DNA of 62,869 bases, counting the filler, from Diploschistes diacapsis (Eukaryota), in assembly GCA_023645945.1 (NCBI GenBank). It is 14 parts of 14 records of this genome, joined end to end, with 100 filler letters (N's around TTAATTAATTAA, not from the genome) between each part and the next. Parts side by side here need not be neighbours in the genome. Positions count along the whole stretch, not along the records: positions 1 to 21,741 come from JALAIB010000296.1; 13 more parts are not named here. The stretch is one strand, 5' to 3'. Shown here piece by piece: positions 1-11,758 of the stretch. Below the pieces are notes generated by a model. That model ran no database searches, was not told where the DNA came from, and worked only from the letters and a program-made list of their open reading frames with translations. Both the position numbers and the translations under genes were made by a program. Position 1 is the stretch's first letter; every line of letters begins with the position of its first letter.

Positions 1-2781
1 GAAGAAGCCAAAGTAGAGACCCCAGAAGCAGAAGAAGATACCTGTGCAGAGGATGTTGTTAGCGCTATTCAATCCAGAGCATCTCCTTAGACCCTGGCCA
101 TTTCCATAAAACGCCGTTCTTTGCAAGATAGTACTTGGCACACCAGTCTTCGTAGAAACAAGCTCTGGAGCCTCTACCAGGTACGGTTGGAAGAGTTTAC
201 TTACCACTCAACATCAGCACAAACGGCTTGTCCCTGAAGATAGTCCAGTCTACCCAGAACACCTTCTGCTGCCTGGGCCTACGCGGGCTGCGTGCGAGTA
301 TGTTGGCGGGTAAAAGAGTCAAAAGGGAAACGAGGGCAAGAACTGGCAGAGTCAGCTTGAGTGCTTCGCCAATAGACAGTACTTTGAAGAAAGCCATCAC
401 GGGCGACTCGACCGCCGCGAGGAGGCAATCATGAAAAGGGATAGACTTACCTCTCATCGCCCAGTCGAACCCCAGGTTTGGAACTTGGTAGGCGATAACG
501 AGGTCGTGGACCACGGCACCTGCTCAAGGAACATAACTGTTTAGCTGAAGCTCACTCTCCAAACACGATTGTTCAATTTTAAACGATCTGCGTCTTCTGG
601 CTCCGCGGATAACAGAACCCTCTTCCGAACCTCAAAACCGGAAAGGAGACAAGGCAAAACATACCACTGATTCCGCCGAGAATGGCCGCCACCATTATCT
701 TCCCCAAATTCCTTGTCCCTACCCCCTTCACAGTCCCCCATAAACTTGCCCCGAACATCAGGCCCATTCCCGTCCCCATAAGTATCCCTTGGACACCAAC
801 GAGCGTGCCAACGCAATTCTGCTGGGTGACATCGACGAAGCTGAGCCCGAGCCAGGCTAGCATAACCAAGGTGCTTCCAAGGGCAAGGGTCTGGCGGAAA
901 TAGCCCCATGACACAAGCGGAGCGGCGACGAGAGGAAGGCTATAAAGAAGGAAGAGCTGGAGACCGCCAGGCCATGAGAGAGCTGAAGGGCTTGTGGCGG
1001 GCAAAGTGTAGCCGTAATACAGCTGGAGCAGTGGGTATGACTGGGAAATGGGTAAGTGGATAAGCAAGGTGGGAAAAAAGGGGCACGAACCATCTTGATT
1101 CCTCTATTAACCCAAAAAATGAATGTATTAGCTATGTCCCAGAAGATAGAGCATAGAACAGAGAGCAGCTGCATGTCGACCAATACAACGGCAAAAAGGC
1201 CACTTACATCACGTTGAAAGCCACCAGTACCGCCGACACTGCCTGTTTCCACACCCTGCCGCCCCGTTCAAGTTGCTCGACGCGGCCATCTTTCTCCAGG
1301 TCCCCCCAGCTTGATCCGCTGTCACGCTGATCGCGCCCCGCACCGACGGAGCTCTGTTCCTCGTCGTCTTCATCGAAGCGGTATGCAAACTCTGGCAATA
1401 CCTGCAGGTAAGCACCATACTTGGACCATGCATCGGAGCTCGGCCCATGTCTGCTCGGTATGGTTGTAGCAGTTGTGGGAGCAGGCTGCGCGTCCACTAC
1501 CAGTGCTGACTTCGGCGGAGGCAGAGGTGCAGGAGGCTCACGGGGAAGCCTGTAGGTCGGCGTTTCTGCACGGGCATGGGCGAAATCATGGACATTGTGC
1601 CCTAACCCTGGAACTTGGAGGCGTTGGCTAGTTAGTTCCTGATTATCCGACTTGTCTTTATCAAACTTCTTTGTAGCTGTTTCTTCCAGCGCCCAACGGG
1701 CTGTCGTCGGGCCAGTGTGCTGCAGATAAGCTGGCTGCAAGCTGGGCAGGGCACCGATTCTGTCCAAGCCCAAGAGCTTGGGGACTTTCCTTCCTGGAGC
1801 GAGGCTTGGCTCTCTGCTTGCTCCCCCGCTATTGCTGTCGCTTGTGGCAGAGGTTTGGTATGTCTCTCTGAGAGCTGCTGGGCCATAGTGGATCGACTGC
1901 CATGCTTTCTTTGTTCTCATTCTCTTGGGCTTGTCAGACCGAGCTCCGATTTTGGTTTCCGAATGTTCGCTCGGCAGCTCTGGAGCCTCGCTGTTTGTCT
2001 TCCCAAGGTGACAGGCCTGGGCGACTTCTTGCTCGGTTATGCCCTCGCACACATCATTGCACAAGAAACAAGGAGCATGTTCGGGGGGCTCGCGCTCCTT
2101 GAGGCGATGGTATCTCTGGGACGGCACTGCCGGAAGCGCAGTTCTCGCCTGCGCACCGTGAACCGGAGCAGTCTTTGATCGATGGAGGGCAGCGACTGCG
2201 GGGCTGTCCGCATCCATCTCAAAAGACTGGGAGCTACGGCGGTTTGAAAACGAGAGCCGGCCTGGTCTGCGTAGAAAAGACGGATCTCGGTTGTCGACAG
2301 CCTCTTGTGTTTCAGCTCGTTGCTTTCCCTTTGCATTGATTTCGGGCCCCGGTTCTGTGAAATCCTTGCTTTGCAGCGATGGCGGAAACGCCAGTGGAGG
2401 AAGCACAACGCCTGGCAGTTGCTCTCGCAGGAACTGGTTACTTGGTTGTGGTCCAGGTACAAGGCGAGAGCTCCCTGCCTGTGACGTGGGATAACGAGCT
2501 GTGACGGTACCTAGCAGTCGTCGAGCCTTGCCAGTAATGCTATGGTCGATGACAGCGTCCTGCATAGGCTGTTCTGCGCGTGGTGAGGCCCAAAGAGGGT
2601 CTCTGGCCTTCCCCTTAGGTCTGTGATCATGGAATGTGGCTCCATAGTAGGCTTCGGGGCTATTGTTGAGCTCAGATGAGTCTGCCTGTGATAAACATTG
2701 TGTACTCGGGACGCTGGGGACGAGGAAGCGGTCGCTTCGGTAGCTTGATGGCTCACGTTCTCTCGTGTTATCCGCTGCCAT
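1..2781 (-). CDS. MFS monocarboxylate-transporter-like (MCT/Mch family) protein with long disordered N-terminus; multi-exon, 3' end runs off the contig
   Basis: Exons inferred from GT-AG and branch sites: 2781-1208, 1103-1091 (13 nt), 1040-665, 519-451, 381 to about 204, and about 42 to <1. Spliced peptides read AFNVIGIKMSYPLLQLYY, SWPGGLQLFL, QGILMGTGMGLMF, LGFDWAMRV, VDWTIFRDKPF and GIFFCFWGLYFGFF, matching fungal MCT-family helices. Confidence 0.8.
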
Positions 2782-3272
2782 GAAGGGTTAGCTATTACGA
2801 GGTCAAAGACAACGGAAGATGGCATGAAGAGGCGAGGTGGATACTGTATTCCTTTGGTAAAGATGGAAAGACAAGAAGGAAGTGGAAGAGAGGACGGTGG
2901 TCGATCTTATTGCAGTCAAATGAAATCACAAGACGAGGTGCGAGCGATGGCTATGAGTAACCGATAAGAACTCCTCTAGCGGTAGTTTCCGTATTCTGCA
3001 TCATGACATGATGATGTGGTCAAAGGCTCCGCCAATATTCGTGGAAGCTTGAATCATTTCATGTATCAAGCAATAACAACAGAGATTCCGAGAAGCCTGC
3101 TTAGCATGTAGTGCTTCTTGTATTGCGTGCCGTGAGGTGGCTCTTCAACGTACAAGATAGAGGCCTGATGACTCAGGTGAAGAGCATCACTTGCCTCTTT
3201 TGATTCAATATAGCCGTATCTATCCATTCTCCACCAAGGAATGACCGGTAAACTAGGTTCGTGACAGCTAGA

Positions 3273-3531
3273 GAGTCGAGTCACCGTGTGTAGTATGCTG
3301 CAGCCAAACATCCTTGAGTAGCGATATCGACACTTCATCATGTAGCTCTCTCGATGCTATCTTCCAAATCTAGGACAGGTCCCATCTTCAAAGGATTCAG
3401 TGCGGAGGAGAAATCCGAACGACCGGTCAAAGGAGTCAAGTCATCGTGTGTAGTATGCCGCACCCACCCAAGGACCCCGAGTAACGACAGCAACACTCCA
3501 TCACGTAGCTCTCTCGACGCTATCTTCCAAA
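3273..3531. repeat. Diverged local direct duplication of about 97 bp (3273-3368 and 3433-3531)
   Basis: Both copies read GAGTCRAGTCAYCGTGTGTAGTATGC...ACACTYCATCAYGTAGCTCTCTCGAYGCTATCTTCCAAA. Confidence 0.85.
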
Positions 3532-4508
3532 CTCAAAAGGTCTCAATTCCACAGAAAGCCAGCACCCAGAAGAACATGGAACGACAAGCCAAGGAAAACC
3601 ACCAAGAATCCTGCTATTGCAGCTACCATCCTGAGCACAACAATCCTACCTACACTCCACAACGAAACGAGATTTGGAAGAGCCTCCAACAGCCTCCTCT
3701 TTCTATTCGGGCCTGGCTGGCAAAAGCACACGCACGAATGCTCTTTCGAACCATGGGCTCGCAAACGTTCAATAGACTTGGAGTTGAAGCTCGAAGCGTT
3801 CAAGTTATCCACAAGGCGTCGGTGTCGATGTCGGTGCAATTACGCGGAACCGGACCAACAGCCCTCATGTTCCAGGAATATCCCAGGAATGGGAAACTGC
3901 ACGGACTAAAAGTCTGTTCTGCAAACTCTTGGAGGAAGCTACGAGGTTTGGGTTAACCGGTCTGCCTGTAGATTACGATGCTCAACAAACCTGTTTCTGC
4001 CATTTCAGACCGACATAAAGAGCTCGGAAGAAGATTCGGACCAGTTACGAAAACAACTCTGAAAGTTCTGGGGGGAGAGCTTGAAGGAAGCTCCGACCTA
4101 TTTTGTACTTGATCTCAAGCATTCCTACGCACGGGCACAAAGTGGTGGAAGAGGTGTCTGGCGTGCAAATTATTCTTTAATATCACCTGGGGTGGTAGGT
4201 AGTCTGTGCGCCTGTCATCTTCAACGCCGTGAACTCGGAACCCGTCGAATTAGATAATTATGCTCCCGCGACATGAAGGCTTCGATTCCAAGTTGCGTGC
4301 TATATGTAGCATGCAAATACACCCCAGGCCCCAGACATGGCCAGCGTAAATTCACGGCGGTCTGGGTAGCCAGAAATCTATAAAACTTTAGACGCTATAA
4401 AAAATGACATTGCGGGGTCGCGTCGACCGAGTCCGCGCGGGGAAGACCCCTTGCTCCATGATCCAGAAGCTCCTCCTCGATACTGTACAGCAGAACAGTG
4501 ACATGGCC

Positions 4509-5930
4509 CTATTTCTCTGCGGTCTCCGTCTTCTCCTTTGCCTCGGCAGTTAGCCAGTCGTAGAATAGGTGCGCAAAGGCATCTGCTGGGTAGTCCACCA
4601 AGCGGTGGAAGACTTCGCCCACGCCGATGGTCATGATCAGACAGACGAAGAAGCAGGCTACGTTTGCGGCGGTGGTTGAGGCGCCGTTGCCCTGGGTCAG
4701 CCGCATGAAGAGCTTGATGCCCACCACGTAGATGATCCAGCTCTGTGTCAGGAACCAACCTGTGAGGGGAGGGGGGGGGGGAAAGGTTAGCAAAGGGTTT
4801 TTCGGGCCATCGGATACTGGAAACTCACTCAGTGACCGCTTGCCGAGGTAAATCAGCACTGGATTTCTGAAGATCGTTTGGAGGAAGTCGAACATCTCAA
4901 AGAGCACCCAGAAGCCAAGGATGAAGAGATAGTTGTCGTCTCTGGCTTGCGGCTCGCTCGGGTCAACGTCGATGTGCAGCTCGGTGTTGGCATACAAGTC
5001 GGTGTGGTACATGAGCTCGTCCAGCACCATGCCCGGCTTCCATGCGGTCCAGAGATACTGCATCGTCAACCCTGCGAGCATGACGAAAACCGCCGGTACC
5101 CAGGCGGGGAGGCGGAAGGCGACAAAAGGTAGAGGAATGCCCCGCTTCGCCCTGGCTTTGAAGTCCATGTGCATGACCATATCCGCGAACACAAGCCCCG
5201 TCACGGTGAACCATGCCCACGATTGCACCCACCAGGCCGTGAGCACGAAGGGGACCGCCATCTTGACGCGCCACGAGGGCCGGGTGTATGGAACGATCAA
5301 CATGAGGATGAAGACGGTAAAGCTTTGCTGGTAGATAAGATTGATGATCCATAGCATCTGAGACGGAAAGGCGTAGTTGCCGGACTGCGCGAAAAACAAT
5401 CCCGTAATCCAAAAGAGATGGTACACAGAGTTGAAGTAGACAAGGGCATTGCGGAGGAAATAAGGCGTAGCGAATGCGATGTTGTTCGTGAACGTCTTGA
5501 AGTCGTCAATGTAAGCTGTTCCTAGGGAAGCGAATGCGGTGGTGATGATGGCCAGCGACACTGCGACTGGGATGCTCAATCGAATACCTCGGCGAACGAC
5601 GGCGCTGGCGATTACGCTTCTGGTCGGGTTCGTAAAGAAGGTTATGGCCAGGCTGCGCGCTGACAGGATGATGAAGAACGAGTATATCAGAGTCCCGTTC
5701 CAGAACAGGACCGACAGCGTCTTTCGAAAGACGATCTGCCATCCGGGCCCGTCCACGCTTATTGTTGCATCCTTGACCGTGTTTGGAGCGAATGTGATCA
5801 GGAAGGTCCAGAGAAAGCTCTCGATGACCAAGAGCCCTCGAAATCCCAAGAGATACTCCTGGCCCTCGACGGGCGGCCATTGCTTCTTCTTGACGAAGTT
5901 GGTGATCTTTTCAGCGCTCATTTTCTCCAT
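4509..5930 (-). CDS. Acyltransferase-3 (OafA-like) polytopic membrane protein
   Basis: ATG at 5930 (MEKMSAEK). In-frame 69-nt intron at 4828-4760 (GTGAGT...GCTAAC...CAG). Motifs YLLGFRG, RRGIRLSIP, LWII, GLVFADM and YLGKRSLS are typical of fungal AT3 proteins, with many hydrophobic helices. Confidence 0.8.
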   Translation of the reverse strand: MEKMSAEKITNFVKKKQWPPVEGQEYLLGFRGLLVIESFLWTFLITFAPNTVKDATISVDGPGWQIVFRKTLSVLFWNGTLIYSFFIILSARSLAITFFTNPTRSVIASAVVRRGIRLSIPVAVSLAIITTAFASLGTAYIDDFKTFTNNIAFATPYFLRNALVYFNSVYHLFWITGLFFAQSGNYAFPSQMLWIINLIYQQSFTVFILMLIVPYTRPSWRVKMAVPFVLTAWWVQSWAWFTVTGLVFADMVMHMDFKARAKRGIPLPFVAFRLPAWVPAVFVMLAGLTMQYLWTAWKPGMVLDELMYHTDLYANTELHIDVDPSEPQARDDNYLFILGFWVLFEMFDFLQTIFRNPVLIYLGKRSLSEFPVSDGPKNPLLTFPPPPPLTGWFLTQSWIIYVVGIKLFMRLTQGNGASTTAANVACFFVCLIMTIGVGEVFHRLVDYPADAFAHLFYDWLTAEAKEKTETAEK

Positions 5931-8900
5931 GCTGGAAGCTTCAGCTCGTGGTGAAAGCAAGGCTTGTTGAAGTGCAAAAAGTGGGCAAGTGAAAGGCGCT
6001 GAAGTTGCAGCAAGTAACAGAGCTGGCGCCGCAGCAGCTAAAAAAATCCAAAAGGAATGCTCCAGTGAATTCAGTGGATTCAGATGAACCAGGTAAGGAA
6101 AGGACACTCAATTGCGATGATGCAGCTAGAAAACCATGCGATCAGCAATACGCTGAACCACCTGCTGCTGCTGAAGGGCATGGAACAGGGCAGGCCTGGA
6201 TGCTTCTCGAGAAGCAGTCAGATTTTACCAATCGTAGGCTCTTGGCATATGCTACCTAGAAGTAGATACCGTACTAGTACTAGTAGCGTGTACGGATATA
6301 CTGCAGCGCGTCTCACTCCCCATTACTAGCCTATTAGGTAAGATTGACCCATCTCATTGTACCAAAAACCGCGACATTTGCTAAGCTCATCCGGCCCATC
6401 CCATGCAACTCCTCCTCCATGTCTGGAGAGAAAGACGATCCGCGCTGGGCCAATACGAACGCTCCGGCACCGACCTCTCTCCGATCATACTGGAGCTAGT
6501 ACATGTGAGTACTGTCATGTCTCAGATAGAAGCATGGCATCATGATGATTATTGAACCTCGTTCGCTGTTTGTTTGATGAGCGAGATATACATAGTACCT
6601 GGTTAAGCACAGGGAACCTCGGTATGCTGTTTACCGGCCAACACGGATCCAAAGTCCCGTATTCATCCCCTTTCTCCGATGACGCAACTCAGTCTACGTG
6701 TGTCGTCGAAACAGCGGTTTTGGTTTGCTGCTTCGTTAAGCATCAAGGTTTGGAGAGACCCGGGATACGATGCCACTGACGCACAAACGCACAAGGTATG
6801 TATGTATGAGCTGTAAGTGGTTCACAAAAAGTTTGCGGAGAAGAGGTAGAAGAGCAACAACACGTGAGCGAATGATGCAGATTTCCCCGCGATAAAAGAT
6901 GGGCAAATGAAAATCCGTATATGCATGCACGCATCCCACTTTGGGACGAAAGAAAGAAAGATAAAAATAAAATTTAAAAAATGGTACCAGCTCATAAGTC
7001 ACGACACGAGAGTAGTAAAAGCTTGGTCGTTTTGTTTCAATGGAGGAAATAAAAAGAAGAGCGCTAGTGTTTGGTATGAAACAGCGCTTGTAAAAAAGAT
7101 ACAATGTGGCTTAGCTCTCTCGGTTGAGGCTTTGTTTTAGCCTGCCCGAGTCCCGCCTTGTTCAGCGAGCGGTTCTTGCAAGTAATGCTCCAGGGGAAAA
7201 TTCGAAATTTTCCTACACCGTTCCTTTCCATCACCCAAGGGCTCCCTCAGGCTTCCATGGAATGAATCATGTTCACATAATACAATCTCAAAGGGGAACT
7301 TAAGCCACAAGAATAATCTTAACATGATACAACTTCGAGTGCATGGACTCTTCAATACCCGCCGTAATAGGCCGTCTCTTTCCAATTGGGGGGTTCTCCC
7401 CAGCCTGTCAGCTTCCCATGAGTTACTCCACCCCAGCGCATCTACTGGAAGCTGAAAAGTGCAAGCGGCAACTTCCTCGTCACTCAAGTAGATTACTTTG
7501 TATTGGACTGAGACAAGACCCATCATTGACCCGCCGACAAGCTTTTGGGCGAGACATTGCTCGAACGCCCAAAGCATGCCCAAAGGGTTAAGCCTAGCTG
7601 TACCCGTCCCCGATCCAGCCCGGTCCTGGCCATAACTCGTCCCAAAGCGTCACTTGCGCAGAGGCTTAGCTCAAGTGGCGAATGCTTGACATGTTCAGCG
7701 CAAAGTCTACTTGCCATTTTGCTGCAGGGCCCGAAGCTTTACAGTGAAGCATTGTACTAACCCTTGGCGAAGTTCTTGTACCCGACACCAAAACATTCTG
7801 ATTATCTGCAAAGGATAAGAGTCTAGGTGAATGGAGTTGGACACGGAAATGGGATACAGATATGTTTCCTAACTCTTTGAGCAAAATGAGCAATAGGAAG
7901 AGGATAACAGTGGTAAGGATCACGGTAGTGAGTGGTGTCTACCGCTTGTTCTGTAGAACGTCGGCAAAGCAAGAACAACTTCGCGCAATTTGCAAAACTC
8001 GGCATGGCGGCCACGAGGGCCCAATTGGTCGCTGGAGCTGGACGACGCTTTCCTTGCGACGGATCACCCAAGTTGCACGAGATGTTGTGGCGAATGTCAC
8101 GAAAACTGTTCGTGATAGTTTTGAATCACGATATGACTCCCACCGTCTTCGTGGTGCAGGTTGTCCTGGGAATTGGCGAATGAGTTTTCTGTGATGCCGT
8201 GAAATTATCGATTAAGTTGACTCGATATTGTATGCATCATCCCTGGTCAAGGACCCTCCCCGTATTTTATTTGGATGAAGCTCATGAACACGATTCTTGT
8301 GCAAGGAAGGACCGAGTCCGTTCTTAGGTGTAGTTCACGCTATGGAGCTGCTTCGCCTTGAGCAAAAGCAAACGCAAAAGCCGCGAGCCGCGGTGTTTGC
8401 TATCTTTGCGTAGCTACCGTCTTGCTTGAAGTAGGAACGAGCGGCCGGAGTCCTGCAGGCAGTCGTCAGGAGACGGAGATGGCTGATCGCTTAGTTGGAC
8501 AATCAAGGTTACTGCAGTACAGGACGAGTATGAAATGCTGAGATGTAAGCATGCGCATATCTGGGATTTGCATTCGACCTTTCCAAGTCTGTAAAGAACT
8601 GCGATGCAATGCTGCATTGTCTGACCTACCATGAAGATAACTCTCCATTATTTTCATCAACAGCATCCACTGTCGGCAATTGCACACACAAGCCGCGGCT
8701 CCCACACCTTGTGCAACGGGCTTGCTCTATCATTCAGATTGTTGAAGTGAGTGCTATTATCGGTGTGAATGGTTGTGGAGCTCGAGCGACGAATAACTGT
8801 AGGGCTAGATAATATATTGCAGTATCACTTGTACGTCATTGGCACGTCTAATCGATAAACCGATCAGCCCGATGCCGCCATTATAGTGGAACATAGGAAA

Positions 8901-10212
8901 ACCCCTCATTGGGTTTACTGTCTGAGTACCAGATGCTGTTGCATGAGTGCAGACCATTTCTTCACTACATGAGCGTCAAGTAGCTTCTATGTACAGGAAT
9001 CCATGTTGCGGGTGCAAAGACCGCATCCGCTAGGATATAGCGATTCGGGGTATTAGAACGGGAGCCGTCTGTTAAGGTGTGTACCCTGAATGCCCAAAAA
9101 ACCAAAAAAAAACAGGAGCTCAGATAACGCAAGGCAGATTACGCTGTCGTGCAGCTGCTGGAGAGGGCCGGGCTGCAACGGTCTTTGCCAGCTGGTGGCT
9201 CAGAATAGTATCTGCCTTGTCGCTGCATGCAGCGATAAAGCTGCAATACGAAGGTATCCTTGCTGCAAAGGCATCTCGATATTAGCAAGCCGCAGCTCGA
9301 AGGAAGTTTGGAAGAACCAGAGAGCCAGGGAGCTTCCTTCGCTTGCCCTCGGTTTGTGAGGGAGGAGAGTGTGGATTTTTCTTTTGGGACAGCGGGGGAT
9401 ATCTGGGCAATCAGGCTTTTGAGGGGTGGGACTGCAAGTCTGCAGCTGCAACTGATGGCGACAGTTGACCCTTCCCCTCCGCTTTTTGTCGAAGAACGGG
9501 GTGTTTGGCAGTCATGTAGAAGGTAGATGGGCCGACAAGTCCATGCGCGAGAATTCGGGCAGCAAGGGTCATGAGCTCCACCGTTATCACGAAGATATGG
9601 TTTGTCACTTAGGACCAGAACGGGGGTTTTGATCTCCGCAAGACTGGCTGGCTGTGTCCGGGCTGCCATGCAAAAGCTGTCGTGGGTGCATCGTAGGGGG
9701 TTCTATCTTTCTTCGAAGGGATTATTGGAAAGCGCCCCCGTCTCTCTACCGCCACACCTGAGCCACAGCCGTCAGCCACAGCCACAGCCACGTATTGCAT
9801 GTGGCCTATTAATTCCTTCCTACAAACCCTTGACAAGAAAGCTAATGTTATTTTTGTCAAATATTATTCGGATGATTATTACACCATGCCTGCATACATC
9901 TTGACGTGGGGAGGGGGGCGCGCGCGCGCTTGTCCTCAAGGTCTGAGATTTTGATTTTTTTTTTGTTTGTTAAACACTAAAAATTACGTATGCTAGCTTG
10001 CTGTAGTAGTGGCTCGCTTTGGGTATCAAAATATTACTGTGCTCTAGATGCCATGGATATTCACCAAGTACCCCCCCTCTTTACAACTGTCGCCCGTATT
10101 TCCTATTTGGTGAATGCAGATTGCAGACACAACGCCGAATCCGGATGCCAGCCAGTCTATTGGTCGTCAGAACAAACAAGCGATTAGGCCGTAAAGATGT
10201 GCGCATGCGCGA

Positions 10213-11758
10213 CTATGAGCGAGCTGTGGGATTCCACGAAGAGTAGCGAATGATCTGTCGTGCATGGCCGTAAAGACCAATGATGGCGAAGAGTGAGAGG
10301 TAGAAGGGATAGAAGATGGAGAATTGGATGATCATCCAGCGTGATACGAATTCCGACTTGACCATGTTGGTGATCCACAGGGTGAGAATCAAGCAAACGG
10401 TGCTGGCATACCCGTTAGCGCTCCGTGAGCTGGCTTGGCTGGCTGGCTGGGGCATACCTTATTATAAAAAACCACGCGGAGACAGGATAGGTAAAGAAAA
10501 GCAGGTGAGCGAGTGAGGTTCCCGAATCGGGAAAGCGTAGGATAACTATAGCAACAACCAAGAGCGTGAATTGAGATACGAGGTAATAACTGATTTCGCG
10601 GATGCAAAGTAGGGTAAAGATGCCGAAACGTGTGACGAAGCCGCGCTGACCATCAATGGGCTTGTTCCAGGTCATGATAATGTGCTTGATGCTGGCTTGC
10701 GTCCAGCCTTGGGTCCATCGCAGACGCTGTTTCCAGAACGACTTCCAGGTGGTGGGGGCCAGTTCGTACGACACGACGTTGGAGTCGTGCACCGTCTTGC
10801 AATTCTTGGCAACGGCCCTGAGAGCAGAGTCGATATCCTCCGTCAGCATATCGCCGTCCATCTTCATCTCTCGGATCAATGGTGCGCGCCAGTAACCGTT
10901 GGAACCGGTGAACAGTCCAAAACCCCACATGGCGGCGCGCCCGGGGTGAGATACGGCGTAAATCTTATCGAATTCAACCGCAATCATTGATGCCAGCCAG
11001 GATTCATGGGTGTTGAAGATTACACAGCGCCCTTGAACAATATCAATTTTCTTGTTGGAGATCATCCTCTCAATCGCCCAGCGCGGTCCATAAGGGTGAG
11101 GGTAATGATCGCAATCGTAAATGGCAATGACATCTGCACCTGTGTTTAGGGTGAAAAAATAGTTTAGGTTGTCGGCCTTGGAGGTAGAGCCTGGCACTTT
11201 GATGACTCTCAGATTGGCATGTTTGGCAGCAAGATTCCAGAGCTCCGTCTCCAATGGCTCGATGGGTTTCGGGGTGTTGTATACCACGTTGATCCTGATC
11301 TTGTCTTTGGGATACACGATCTTGTCGAGCAGGTAGAGTGCCCGATCCAGTATGATGTCCTTCTCGTTGGGAAGGTAGGCAACGATGATGAGATCGAGGA
11401 CGAGAAGCTTGTCATCGGGCGTGGGAAATACCCAATTCTTTTCTTGAGCCTTCTGCACCGCTTTCCTCGTCTCGCGAACGGGACCCAAAGCGACGACTGC
11501 TTCTACCACTGTTGAGCCTGCAATGTAGAAGTTGGAGGTCATGCAGATGAACCAAAAGATCGCGAGTGCTCCCTCAGTGACCACCAGATAGAGGCAGATG
11601 GAAACGAAGACGTATGTGACGACGAGCAAAAAGGGCGTCCAATCCCACATCCAGTCCGAAGCTATGGCAACCCAATTTTTAATCCTGCCCAAGCCAGAGT
11701 TAACGCTGCTGCTGTCAGGCGTGGGCCCGCAGGCGGTGCCGGCTTCTAGTGAAGACAT
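10213..11758 (-). CDS. Processive family 2 glycosyltransferase (cellulose-synthase-like, not chitin synthase)
   Basis: One intron at 10457-10403 (GTATGC...GCTAAC...CAG). Motifs YLPNE, KADNLN, YDCDH (DxD), TGSNG, LTEDID and QRLRW (QxxRW). Two N-terminal and several C-terminal TM segments; about 496 aa. Confidence 0.9.

Noticed and set aside
3354..3956. 200-aa ORF upstream of the MFS gene
   Set aside because: It has no recognisable motif and overlaps a decaying duplication, so it cannot be supported as a gene.
5931..6107. N-terminal extensions of ORF 4509-6107 and ORF 14136-17462 from non-ATG starts
   Set aside because: These are artefacts of alternative start codons in the ORF track. The first ATGs at 5930 and 14184 give sensible proteins, the latter with a signal peptide.
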